DNA from: Myxococcota bacterium
GTDB lineage: Bacteria; Myxococcota_A; UBA9042; PHBI01; JAWLBL01
Direction: 5' to 3'
Length of the DNA stretch: 64,000 nucleotides
Assembly: GCA_041687695.1 (NCBI GenBank)
Contig: JAWLBL010000014.1
Location: forward strand, 128,001 to 192,000
Shown: positions 29,068 through 38,317 of the stretch, in pieces
How the letters are laid out: each line of letters starts with the position of its first letter
How positions within the stretch are numbered: the stretch's first letter is position 1
Made by a program: the position numbers and the translations under genes
Notes under the pieces: generated by a model
The model's input: only the letters and a program-made list of their open reading frames with translations
Told to the model about the DNA's origin: nothing
Databases searched by the model: none

Positions 29068-30054
29068 ATGAAGCCTCGCCTCTCGCTCGAACCCGCGCCG
29101 ACTGCTGCCATGGGCGCCGTCCCCGGCAGCCGCACCTCGGCCGCGCCGGTCGTCCTCACCTGCCGCGAGCGCGCGCAGGACTTCGAGGTGGTGTCGGCCG
29201 ACCCCTTCTGCGGGGTGCTGCAGACCCCGGCTGGCCGGCGCACGCCCCCCATCGGCGCCAGGCTGACCCTGTCCGGGCACGACGCGGGGCTCGGTGACGT
29301 GGTCTTCGTCGCGGTGGTGACGGGGCTCGGGGCCGACGTGGGCGCCGGCGGTTCGTCGCCGGTGCGGCGCTTGACGGTCGAGTGGGCCGAGGTGGCGGCC
29401 AGCGGGCGGCGACAGACGCTCATCGACGCGCTGCACCGCGTCCTGGGCCTGCGGGCCCGCCGGACCAGCGCCGAGGACTCGCTGTCGCGCCAACGCGTCC
29501 TCGTCTACGACGCCGTCGCCCGTCAGGTCCGCCTGACGACGCTCGCCGAGCGGCCCGACCTGGCCCTCGCCCTGGCCCCCGAGCTCCCGTCCGCTCCGGG
29601 TCGGCGCCAGTCCCTGCCCGGCGGCCGGCCCCGCACGCAGCCGCGCATCCTGGTGGACACGGGCCGTCCGGTGGTCGCGCAGCCGCACGTGTCGCCGCTG
29701 GTCGTGACCCTGGGCCGCACCGAGCCGCGCCCCATGCCCGTCTACCGGCGCACGGCGGCCGCCGGGACCTACTCGCTGGGCGACCGCACGACGCCCATGG
29801 AGGTCACGCTGCTCGGCCTGACCCACTGCATGTTCGTGATGCAGGGCGTCGACGCGCCGCCCGTCGGGGCGCACGTCGAGCTGGCCGTCCCGGCCGACCC
29901 GGTGGCGATGGGGCACGTCCTGGTCAGCGGCCAGGTCAGCCTGGTCACCGCCGACGCCTACCACGGCCGGGCCTTCGTCGAGGTGGATCTGCAGTCGCGG
30001 CAGCTCCCGCCGCTGTACCACCGCCTGGTCATGCACTGGGGCCGCCGGGGCTGA
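29068..30054 (+). CDS. Hypothetical protein with two possible degenerate PilZ-like beta domains
   Basis: Internal similarity PPIGARLTL / PPVGAHVEL, each followed by a V-x-x-x-V strand. Confidence 0.5.
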   Translation: MKPRLSLEPAPTAAMGAVPGSRTSAAPVVLTCRERAQDFEVVSADPFCGVLQTPAGRRTPPIGARLTLSGHDAGLGDVVFVAVVTGLGADVGAGGSSPVRRLTVEWAEVAASGRRQTLIDALHRVLGLRARRTSAEDSLSRQRVLVYDAVARQVRLTTLAERPDLALALAPELPSAPGRRQSLPGGRPRTQPRILVDTGRPVVAQPHVSPLVVTLGRTEPRPMPVYRRTAAAGTYSLGDRTTPMEVTLLGLTHCMFVMQGVDAPPVGAHVELAVPADPVAMGHVLVSGQVSLVTADAYHGRAFVEVDLQSRQLPPLYHRLVMHWGRRG

Positions 30055-30152
30055 CCTGCCCGCCCGCGGCCCCGGGCTTCACAGCGCGCCGGAATGCCGG
30101 GACGATGTCGGCCGTTGCCGCGGCGACCCCTCTCCCGAGCCCAGGCCAGCCC

Positions 30153-32342
30153 ATGATCCGTCGATCCTCGCGCCGCCGCCCGGCGCGCCTCGGCCCGCTC
30201 TTCGGCGCGACCTGCGCCGCGGTGCTCGCGCTGACCGCATGCGGCGAGCCGCCGCGCCCCGACGACGCGCCGGCCCCCCGCGCCGGCCTGGCGACCCAGG
30301 CGCCCGGCGTGCCGACGACCGGCGCCGGGACGGCCGCTGGCGCTCCTCCCGCCGCCCCGACCCAGGCGCCGACGGCGCTCCAGGGGGCGACGCCGCCACC
30401 CGCCGCGGACGACCGGCTCACGCGGGTGCGCGCCCTGCTCGGGCGCACCCTGAACACCACGGCCGGCGACCTCGCCCGGTTCGAGGGCGCGCCGCACTAC
30501 CAGCTGACGCTCGACTTCGACGCCGGGCTGATGGCCTACGACGGCTCGTCGCGCCTGACGCTGACGCCCCGGGCTGGCGGCGAGCGCCTGGTCTTCCTGC
30601 TGTACCCGAACTCGCCCGAGCTGGTGCACGCCGGGACGCAGAACCTGTCGGTCTCCGAGGTGCGCGTGGCCGGTCGGCCGGTCCAGCCGACGTTCGACGG
30701 GCCGCTGATGACGGTGCCCCTGCCGGCCGGCGTCGCGAACGGCGGCCCCCTGACGGTGGAGATGCGCTTTCGAGGGGTCCTGTTCCGGCTGCCCGAGGGC
30801 GCGGCCGACGCCGAGCGCGTGGCGCTCGATCAGCTGCTGAAGATGGTGGTCGGCGGCGAGCACGAAAAGGGCGGCTTCGGCGTCTTCAGCTACGGCGACC
30901 GGGTGGCCAGCCTGGGCCTGTGGTACCCCATCCTGGCCAACTTCTCCGAAGAGGGCGGCTGGGACACGCGGCCGGGCGCGGCGGTCGGGGACGTGAGCTT
31001 CTTCGACGTCGCCAACTACGAGCTCGAGGTCACCGCGCCGTGGGACATGACCGTCATCACCACGGGGGTGACCGCGGGGCGGCAAGCCGAGGGCGACCGC
31101 CAGCGCGTGCGGGTCGAGGCCGGCGCCGTGCGCGAGCTGGCGGTGCAGATGTCGCGCGAGTACGCGTCGACGTCGACCGTCGTCGACGGCGTGAAGGTCA
31201 CCAGCTGGTACTTGCCCGAGCACGCCGACGCCGGCCGCCGGGTGCTCGAGCACGCGCGCGACGCGCTGCGCGAGTTTGGCCAGGCCTTCGGCCCCTACCC
31301 CTACACCGAGCTGGACGTGGTCGAGGCGCCCCTGGTCGGGGGCGCGGCCGGCGTCGAGTTCCCGGGCCTGGTCACCATCGGCAAGATGCTCTACGGCCCC
31401 CCGGCGCTGGTCCCGGGCTCGGCGCCGCCGGGCGTGGACGTCGGGAGCCTGCTGGGCGACACGCTCGAGTTCGTCGTCGCCCACGAGGTCGCCCACGAGT
31501 GGTGGAACGCCGTGGTCGGCAGCGACAGCAAGCGCCACCCGTTCCTGGACGAGGCGTTGGCGAACCACAGCGCCGTCCTGTACTTCGACCGCAAGTACGG
31601 GCCCGAGGCCGCCCGCAAGCAGCGCGCGATGCAGCTCGAGCTGCCCTACCACATGGCCCGCATGGCCGGCGCCCAGGACCGCCGGGTCGACCTGCCGACC
31701 GACGCCTTCGACGACCTGAACGAGTACGCCGCCATCGTCTACGGCAAGGGCGGCCTCTTCTTCGAACACATGCGGCAGCGCCTGGGCGACGAGCGCTGGC
31801 TGACCTTCCTGCGCGACTACTACCGCCGCCACGCCTTCGGCCTGGCCACGCCGGCCTCGCTGGTCGACGCGATGGCCGCGGCGTCGTCCGACCCGGCCGA
31901 CGTCCGGGCCCGGGCCGACCGCTGGCTCAAGCAGGCCTTCGGCGACCTGGACATCGGCCCGCCCGACGCGACGGCCCTGCTGCGGACCCTGGTCGAGGGC
32001 GCCGATCTCGGCCCCGACGGCCAGCGGCTGGTCGAGCTGCTCGACCACCGCGGCATGAAGGAGCTGCAGCGGATGCTCGACCCGTCGGCGGCGCTCGACC
32101 CCGGCGCCCCCGGGCCGGATCTCGGGGCCGTGATCGAGCTGTCGGCGCGGCTCCTCGAGGGCGACGACCCCGAGCTCGCCCGGCTGCTGGGCGCCACCGG
32201 CCGCGTCATGTCGCGCGTGCAGGCCGGCGACGACGACCCGCGGGCCCTCATCAAGGACATCGGCCGCGAGCTGACCCGCGACGACCCCGAGCTGCGCGCC
32301 TGGCTCGAGGCCGCCGATCTGCTGCTGAAGCTGGCCGAGTAG
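30153..32342 (+). CDS. M1-family zinc aminopeptidase lipoprotein
   Basis: Lipobox LTAC; AGVEFPG, VAHEVAHEWW...LDEALA, VYGKG; start could be 30105. Confidence 0.85.
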   Translation: MIRRSSRRRPARLGPLFGATCAAVLALTACGEPPRPDDAPAPRAGLATQAPGVPTTGAGTAAGAPPAAPTQAPTALQGATPPPAADDRLTRVRALLGRTLNTTAGDLARFEGAPHYQLTLDFDAGLMAYDGSSRLTLTPRAGGERLVFLLYPNSPELVHAGTQNLSVSEVRVAGRPVQPTFDGPLMTVPLPAGVANGGPLTVEMRFRGVLFRLPEGAADAERVALDQLLKMVVGGEHEKGGFGVFSYGDRVASLGLWYPILANFSEEGGWDTRPGAAVGDVSFFDVANYELEVTAPWDMTVITTGVTAGRQAEGDRQRVRVEAGAVRELAVQMSREYASTSTVVDGVKVTSWYLPEHADAGRRVLEHARDALREFGQAFGPYPYTELDVVEAPLVGGAAGVEFPGLVTIGKMLYGPPALVPGSAPPGVDVGSLLGDTLEFVVAHEVAHEWWNAVVGSDSKRHPFLDEALANHSAVLYFDRKYGPEAARKQRAMQLELPYHMARMAGAQDRRVDLPTDAFDDLNEYAAIVYGKGGLFFEHMRQRLGDERWLTFLRDYYRRHAFGLATPASLVDAMAAASSDPADVRARADRWLKQAFGDLDIGPPDATALLRTLVEGADLGPDGQRLVELLDHRGMKELQRMLDPSAALDPGAPGPDLGAVIELSARLLEGDDPELARLLGATGRVMSRVQAGDDDPRALIKDIGRELTRDDPELRAWLEAADLLLKLAE

Positions 32343-32345
32343 CGG

Positions 32346-33263
32346 TCAGCGGCCAGCGGCCAGCGCGTCGATGCGGCGGCGGAGCGCGTCCAGCGCGACG
32401 GGCGCGACCTCGACCCCGGCCACCGCCCCCCCGGCCGCCTGCAGCATCGCCTGCGCGCCCTGCCCGCCCAGGACCAGGGGCGCGGCGCCCACCGCCTTGG
32501 CGTAGGCGTCCAGCAGCGCGGCCCCGGCCCGCCGCGAGGTCGGCGGCACGGTGACCGACAGGCCGACGATCGCGGGGCCAAGCCGCTCCACGGCCGCGGC
32601 CAGCGCATCGGGCGGCGTCCGGATCCCCAGCAGGACCGTGCGGTAGCCCCAGGTCGACAGGTGGATGCCCGCGGCGAGCGGCCCCACGCCGTGGAGCTCG
32701 TCGGCCGCGCAGGCCAGCACGATGGTGCGAGGCGCGTGCTGCGGCTGCACGATCCGGTGCAGGTCGCGGAGCAGGCCCTCGAGGACGTGGGTCGCCAGGT
32801 GCTCGTGCGCGACGCCGAGCTCGCCCGAGGCCCACATGGCGCCGATCCGATGCAGCGCGGGGGTCACCACGTCCGCCACCAGCCCCGACGCCGACGTCAT
32901 GGCCATGGCGCCGCGCGCGGCGCGCTCGAGGGCCTCGGCGTCGAGCCGGCGCGTCGCGTCGACGATGGCGTCCACCGCGCGATCGAGGCCCTCGTCGCGC
33001 GCGACGACCCCGACGGGGGTGGGCGCGGGGCCCTCGTGGCGGACGATCTCGGCCGCGGCCCCCGGCGCGACGCCGCGCGCGCGCAGATCGCGGAAGCGCT
33101 GGATCTGCTGGACGTCCTCGGGCGAGTAGAGCCGATAGGCGCCAGAGCTGCGCCCGGGCTCGGGGATGCCGTAGCGCTTCTCCCACGCGCGCAGCGTAGG
33201 GGCGCGGACGCCGGTCATCTCGGCGACGACCTGGATGCGGAACAACTCCGGCTCGCGTGCCAT
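32346..33263 (-). CDS. B12-binding MerR-family regulator (CarH/CarA/LitR type)
   Basis: TLRAWEKRYG...YRLYS MerR HTH; W-x9-EH (WASGELGVAHEH); ELHGVG B12-binding motif. Confidence 0.9.
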   Translation of the reverse strand: MAREPELFRIQVVAEMTGVRAPTLRAWEKRYGIPEPGRSSGAYRLYSPEDVQQIQRFRDLRARGVAPGAAAEIVRHEGPAPTPVGVVARDEGLDRAVDAIVDATRRLDAEALERAARGAMAMTSASGLVADVVTPALHRIGAMWASGELGVAHEHLATHVLEGLLRDLHRIVQPQHAPRTIVLACAADELHGVGPLAAGIHLSTWGYRTVLLGIRTPPDALAAAVERLGPAIVGLSVTVPPTSRRAGAALLDAYAKAVGAAPLVLGGQGAQAMLQAAGGAVAGVEVAPVALDALRRRIDALAAGR

Positions 33264-33285
33264 CCCCTCTCCGTGGTCGCCGTGG

Positions 33286-33339
33286 TGTCGAACCTTTGTC
33301 GAAGCTAATCGCACGGAGGGACGTGAACAAGCTTGTTCA
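33286..33339. promoter_or_regulatory. Putative CarH-type operator
   Basis: TGTCGA at 33286 and 33297 (11-bp period; TnnACA on the minus strand) plus the palindrome TGAACA-AGCT-TGTTCA at 33324-33339. Confidence 0.6.
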
Positions 33340-33368
33340 GCGCGTGGGCCTGACGCTATGACCACCCG

Positions 33369-34322
33369 ATGGACACGACCCGCGGGCACCGGGCCGCACA
33401 CGATCCCCTCAAGGGCCGCGTCGCGGGCCTCCTCGCCACGGCCCTCGTGGCGGGCGGCTGCGCCACGCTGCCGGACGGGCCGGTCGAGCGCGGCCTGTAC
33501 CGCGACCTGACGCAGATCGTCGAGACCCGACAGCGCACCGAGTGGGTGGTCGACCGCGCCGAGATCGAGCAGGCCTCGACCACCGCGATGCGCAGCGTCT
33601 GCAAGACCGAGCCAGCTCGGCGCGAGGCCCTGGCCGCCTGGCTCGACGGCCTCATCGCGGCGGAGGGCGGGCCCGCGCGCGACGCGTGGCTCCGGCGAGG
33701 TCGCGACCGGCGCGAGATCGACGATCTCCTGACGCTCGAGCGCACACGCGCGCTGCTGGGATACGCGCACGCGCGCGCTGCCGAGGACTGCCCGTTCTGG
33801 CTCAACCCGGACCCCGAGTTCCGCGGCGTCCACACCAGCACCGATCGGCTGGTGCTGCTGCTCGAGAGCCGCGGGGCCGCGGCGCTCATCCGCAGAGAGG
33901 GCGGCTGGGTGGTGGGTGGCGGGGGCGCCGGCCGGCTGATGCCCGCCTGGGGCCTCGACGACCGCTTGGTGCTGGGCGTCGGCGCCGAGGTCGGCGGCTT
34001 CGGGCTGCTCGGCGAGGGGAGCGACGGCGACACGGCCATCGACGCCTCGTTCACGGCCGCGGTCCCGCTGCTCGTCAGGCTGGTGGACGGGACGCGGATC
34101 TGGGACTTCGAGGCCGGCCTGACCACCTTCGTGGGCGAGCACACCTGGCCGGTCGGCTACCGGGTCGCGTTCGGCGGCGGGGTCGCCACGCTGAGGGTGG
34201 GCGCCTTCATGCCGGTCATCGTCGTCTACCTCGGCTACGAGTACCATCCGCAGCGCGGGCCGAACGAGCCGATGCACCTCATCGGCGCGGGCACGCGGGT
34301 GGGCCTGGACTTCGACCCATGA
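33369..34322 (+). CDS. Hypothetical lipoprotein with a beta-strand-rich C-terminal half
   Basis: Lipobox AGGC; helical N-terminal half, amphipathic strands ending RVGLDF. Confidence 0.65.
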   Translation: MDTTRGHRAAHDPLKGRVAGLLATALVAGGCATLPDGPVERGLYRDLTQIVETRQRTEWVVDRAEIEQASTTAMRSVCKTEPARREALAAWLDGLIAAEGGPARDAWLRRGRDRREIDDLLTLERTRALLGYAHARAAEDCPFWLNPDPEFRGVHTSTDRLVLLLESRGAAALIRREGGWVVGGGGAGRLMPAWGLDDRLVLGVGAEVGGFGLLGEGSDGDTAIDASFTAAVPLLVRLVDGTRIWDFEAGLTTFVGEHTWPVGYRVAFGGGVATLRVGAFMPVIVVYLGYEYHPQRGPNEPMHLIGAGTRVGLDFDP

Positions 34323-34336
34323 GGCAGTGAGGGATC

Positions 34337-35152
34337 ATGGCAAGGACATCTCGGACCCTGTGGCCGTTGGCGCTGGGCGCGGCCCTGGCCTGCGCGAGCA
34401 CGGCGAACGCGCACGAGGCCTCGCTCTCCGTCGGCGTCGCCGCCTGGGACGCGGTCACCGACGCCGCGGGTCGCGAGACGGACGACACGCTGGTCCCGTT
34501 GGTGCTCAGGGGCGCGGTCGACATCGTGAGCCGGCTCGAGGGCTGGGCCGAGCTGAGCCTCGTGCGCCGCGTGGTCGAACCCGAGGGCGCGGACGCCACG
34601 AGCGTCTTCGGGACGCGCGAGCTGGTCGCGGGCGTGGGCTACACGCTCGGCCTCGCCGAGGGCCAGCTGGGCGTGCAGGGCGCGTTCAAGCTCGATCTCG
34701 GCGCGGACGACGCGCTGGTGCGGGTCAGCGACGGGCAGCACGGCGTCCACTTCGACGTGCGCTACACCCAGCCGCTGGCTCCGCGGCTCCCTGTGACGAT
34801 CTCGGCCGGCGTCGTGCACGCCTTCGAGGACGGCGACACGGGGCTGCGCAACGGGCTGCTCTTCCAGTTCGCCGCGGGCGCCAGCTATCTGCTGACCGAC
34901 TCGCTCCGCGCGGGCCTGACGGTCGGCTACGCCTCGCGCGCCGAGGTCGAGGTCGACGGGGTCGCCGCCCCGGGCACCGACTGGACGGTCGTCCACGTCG
35001 TCCCGTCCCTGGGCTTCACCGTGAACGAGTCGCTCGCCATCTCGCTCAGCGGCGGCACGCGCCTCGAGGACTTCACCGTCGGGCTGCCCGTGCGCACCGA
35101 CGGGTTCCCGTCGCTGCTGGGCGGCGAGCTGTCGGTGGTCTGGCGGTTCTAG
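34337..35152 (+). CDS. Outer-membrane beta-barrel protein
   Basis: Signal peptide ANA, alternating amphipathic strands, C-terminal WRF. Confidence 0.7.
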   Translation: MARTSRTLWPLALGAALACASTANAHEASLSVGVAAWDAVTDAAGRETDDTLVPLVLRGAVDIVSRLEGWAELSLVRRVVEPEGADATSVFGTRELVAGVGYTLGLAEGQLGVQGAFKLDLGADDALVRVSDGQHGVHFDVRYTQPLAPRLPVTISAGVVHAFEDGDTGLRNGLLFQFAAGASYLLTDSLRAGLTVGYASRAEVEVDGVAAPGTDWTVVHVVPSLGFTVNESLAISLSGGTRLEDFTVGLPVRTDGFPSLLGGELSVVWRF

Positions 35153-35159
35153 GAGGCCG

Positions 35160-36881
35160 TCAGGCGAGCGCGCCGCCGAGGACGCGGCCGGCGACCGTCG
35201 CCCGGAGCCAGGCCTCGGGATCGACGCCCGGGTCGACGGTCCACAGCGTCAGGTCGCACAGGGCGTCGGCGCGGAGCGAGCCCAGGCGAGCCTCGGCGTG
35301 CACGGCCCAGGCGGCGCCGCGGGTGTAGGCGGCCAGCGCCTCGGCGAAGGTCAGGCGCTCGCCACCGAACCACCCGCCGGGCGGCTCGCCGCCGGGGCGC
35401 TGGCGGGTCATGGCGGCGTGGAGGCCGGCCGCGACGGACTCGGTCTCGATGGGCGCGTCCGACCCGAAGGCCAGGGGCACGCCGCCGCTCGCCAGCGTGC
35501 GCCAGGCATAGGCCCCACGTGAGCGCTCGGGGCCCAGGCGCTGCCCGGCCCACGCCATGTCGCTCGTCGCGTGGATGGGCTGCATCGAGGCGACGAGCCC
35601 CAGAGCGGCCATCCGAGCGACGTCCTCGGCGGCCACGACCTGCGCGTGCTCGAGGCGGTGGCGGCGGGTGCCGTCGTCCCCCTGGGCGTGGGCGATGGCC
35701 TCGAGCGCCACGCGGTTGCCGCGATCGCCGATGGCGTGGACCGCCGCCTGGTAACCCAGGGCGTGGGCGCGGCGGACGTGCTCGGCGAGCGTGGCCGGCG
35801 CGTGCAGGAGCAGGCCGCGCTCGCCGGGCCGGTCCTGGTAGTCGTCGAGCATCGCGGCCCCGCGGCTGCCCAGGGCGCCGTCGCAGAACAGCTTGATGCC
35901 CTGGACCGACAGGCGCGGCCCGAGGGTCGCCGGCCCGGGGTGGGCCGCCAGCCACTCGGGCACGCCGGCCTCGACCGCGTCCAGGTACGCGAACACGCGC
36001 ACCGGGAGCGCCCCGCGCCGCGCCAGCCGCTCGAGGGCCGCCAGCGCCCGCAGCGAGGTCGCCATGTCGTGCACCGACGTGCACCCGGCCGCGGCCATCC
36101 GCTGGGCGCCGGCGACGATCCAGCGCTCCAGATCGTCGTCGGACGGCTCGGGCAGGTGGTGAGCGACCAGGTTGAGCGCCGCGTCGACCAGCACGCCGGT
36201 GGGCTCCCCGTCGGGGTCGCGCTCGACGCGGCCGCCGGGCGGGTCGGGCAGCGCGGCGCAGAGGCCGGCGCGCTCCATCAGCGGCCGGTTGATCCAGACC
36301 GCGTGGCCGTCGGCGCGCACGAGCAGGACGGGCCGGTCGGTCAGCCCCTCGAGGTCGCGCCAGGTGGGCAGGCGCGGGTCGGCGAAGCGGGCCTCGTTCC
36401 AGCCGACGCCCGTGATGGCCGGCGCGTCCGGGTGGGCGTCGCGCCAGGCGACCAGGCGCGCGCGGACGTCGGCCGGGCTGACGGCGTCGCGCAGGTCGAC
36501 CTGATCGTCGAGGCGGCCGAGCCAGGCGAGGTGGACGTGGGCGTCGTGCAGGCCCGGGACGGCGAGCGCGCCGGGGAGGCGGAGCAGCTCGGTGTCGGGA
36601 TCGGGGGCCGGGGGCGCGTCGAAGGGCGCCAGGATGCGGCCGTCCGCGGCGACGAGCAGCGCGCCGTAGGTGCGGCCGGCGGCGGCGTCGACGAAGCGCG
36701 GGCCGACCAGGAGGCGCCGGCCCTGGAGCGGGCGGGGCGTTTGCTCGCGCGGCGACTCGGCGCGGCGGTCCTCGGCGGCCGCGCGGGGGCCCTGGCCGCC
36801 GGCCGACAGCAAGGGAGCGGCGTACAGGCTGCGGCGGCGCCACTGGATGCAGCGGCAGGAGGAGGGGCTCGCGTGGGTCAT
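35160..36881 (-). CDS. Amidohydrolase_3 family protein (YtcJ-like)
   Basis: PGLHDAHVH, DGHAVWIN, KLFCDGALGSRGA, HAIGD, RLEHAQ, FGSDAPI; start uncertain. Confidence 0.9.
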   Translation of the reverse strand: MTHASPSSCRCIQWRRRSLYAAPLLSAGGQGPRAAAEDRRAESPREQTPRPLQGRRLLVGPRFVDAAAGRTYGALLVAADGRILAPFDAPPAPDPDTELLRLPGALAVPGLHDAHVHLAWLGRLDDQVDLRDAVSPADVRARLVAWRDAHPDAPAITGVGWNEARFADPRLPTWRDLEGLTDRPVLLVRADGHAVWINRPLMERAGLCAALPDPPGGRVERDPDGEPTGVLVDAALNLVAHHLPEPSDDDLERWIVAGAQRMAAAGCTSVHDMATSLRALAALERLARRGALPVRVFAYLDAVEAGVPEWLAAHPGPATLGPRLSVQGIKLFCDGALGSRGAAMLDDYQDRPGERGLLLHAPATLAEHVRRAHALGYQAAVHAIGDRGNRVALEAIAHAQGDDGTRRHRLEHAQVVAAEDVARMAALGLVASMQPIHATSDMAWAGQRLGPERSRGAYAWRTLASGGVPLAFGSDAPIETESVAAGLHAAMTRQRPGGEPPGGWFGGERLTFAEALAAYTRGAAWAVHAEARLGSLRADALCDLTLWTVDPGVDPEAWLRATVAGRVLGGALA

Positions 36882-37078
36882 CTGATCGCCTTGGGGACGA
36901 AGGGCCGCCGCCAGCATGGCGGGCGCCTCGGCGGCCCTGCAAGGAATCAGGCCGCCTGCGCGGGGCAAGGGGCCGAGCGTTGACGCCGCTCCGCGCGGTT
37001 CCCACCCTGTAGACGAAGCTCGCCTTCCTGACATCCCCGCCCTCGCCACCGCAACCCGTCAGAAAGAAGGCTCCACCG

Positions 37079-38170
37079 ATGAAAGGCCTGGTCCTGATCG
37101 CCCTCGTGCAGGGCATCGGGCTCTGCCTCGTCGGCTGTCGAAGCGAGACCCCTCCGGCCCAGCCGGACGAGCGCGCCGCGAACGCGGCGGCCGTGCCCTC
37201 TGCCACACCCTCGCGGGTGGAGGCCGAGGCGCACGCCGTCGGCGACACGGTCGCGGTCGCCACGGGCGTCTCCACCGATTCGACCGCCGCGGGCCGAGAG
37301 CCCTCCAGCATCGCCCTGCGCTTCGAACTCGACGCCCGCGACTCGCTCGCCGTCGAGCAGATGTGGCAGATCTTCAATGACCCCGACGTCCGCGGCCCCG
37401 CCATGGACACCGTCCTCTTCACCCTCACCGAGGCGAAGGGGGTCCCGCTCGTCGATCTCCCCGTCGTGGCGCGCAACCAGCACGCCTACCTGTCCAACGA
37501 CGGCCTGCTCCATGACGCCGACCGGCTCGGCGCGGTGCAGACCTACATCATCCTGCTGGACGCCGCGAACCGGGGCGTTCACCGGGCCGACGACCTCCGC
37601 CGGGTCGCCGACCTGGTCAAGGACGGCCGCAGCCTCTTCATCGACGTCGACGCCGACCTCCCGGCGGGCATGAAGGCCGGCTACTCCTGGCAATCCAACA
37701 CCATGGAGGTGCGCGAGATGGACATCCGGCGCCTGTTCCTGCGCTCGCAGATCGTCCATGAAGCCGTGCACGCCGCCGACGACCTGAACCCGCGCGAGAG
37801 CCCGCTGCCCGAGGACCAGGACGACGTGATGTACGCGTACGAGACCGAGATGAACGCGTACCTGACCGAGTCCGAGTACCGACACAGCTACGGCAACCGC
37901 CTCGACGACGTCGATCGCTACGAGCGCAACTCGATCCAGGAGCTGTCGGACGACTACGTCGCCCTGCGCGCGGCCGCCGAGGCCGGCACGTCGGACCTGA
38001 ACCTCGCCCTGCGGGGGATCAAGCGCGAGATCATCGACGTCTACGACCGCAACTACCGCCGCATCTACGGATCGGACTTCGACTTCCCGAACTGGAAGAA
38101 GCGCGCGGATGGCGTGGCGATCCGGGCGCGGATCGCGGCCGAACCCCACGCCGGCCGGCCACCGCGCTGA
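37079..38170 (+). CDS. Hypothetical lipoprotein with an HExxH zinc-metallopeptidase motif
   Basis: Lipobox LVGC; IVHEAVHAAD with downstream ETEMNAY. Confidence 0.65.
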   Translation: MKGLVLIALVQGIGLCLVGCRSETPPAQPDERAANAAAVPSATPSRVEAEAHAVGDTVAVATGVSTDSTAAGREPSSIALRFELDARDSLAVEQMWQIFNDPDVRGPAMDTVLFTLTEAKGVPLVDLPVVARNQHAYLSNDGLLHDADRLGAVQTYIILLDAANRGVHRADDLRRVADLVKDGRSLFIDVDADLPAGMKAGYSWQSNTMEVREMDIRRLFLRSQIVHEAVHAADDLNPRESPLPEDQDDVMYAYETEMNAYLTESEYRHSYGNRLDDVDRYERNSIQELSDDYVALRAAAEAGTSDLNLALRGIKREIIDVYDRNYRRIYGSDFDFPNWKKRADGVAIRARIAAEPHAGRPPR

Positions 38171-38232
38171 CCCGGCGAGGAGAAGCGAGCTCGACCGCGA
38201 GGGCCGCCCGTCACCGGGTGGCCCTCGTCCTT

Positions 38233-38317
38233 TCGAATCGGCTCACGCGTCGAATCGGCTCACGCGTCGAATCGGCTCACGCGTCGAATCGGCTCACGCG
38301 TCGAATCGGCTCACTCG
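38233..38317. repeat. 17-bp tandem repeat, 5 copies
   Basis: TCGAATCGGCTCACGCG x4 exact plus one copy with a single mismatch that overlaps the ndh stop codon. Confidence 0.95.

Noticed and set aside
32346..34277. 643-aa fusion ORF including the MerR regulator
   Set aside because: The upstream part is antisense to the lipoprotein at 33369-34322; ATG 33263 has its own GGAGAGG ribosome-binding site
38233..38317. 17-bp repeat as a CRISPR array
   Set aside because: Units are directly adjacent with no spacers, are too short, and no cas genes are present
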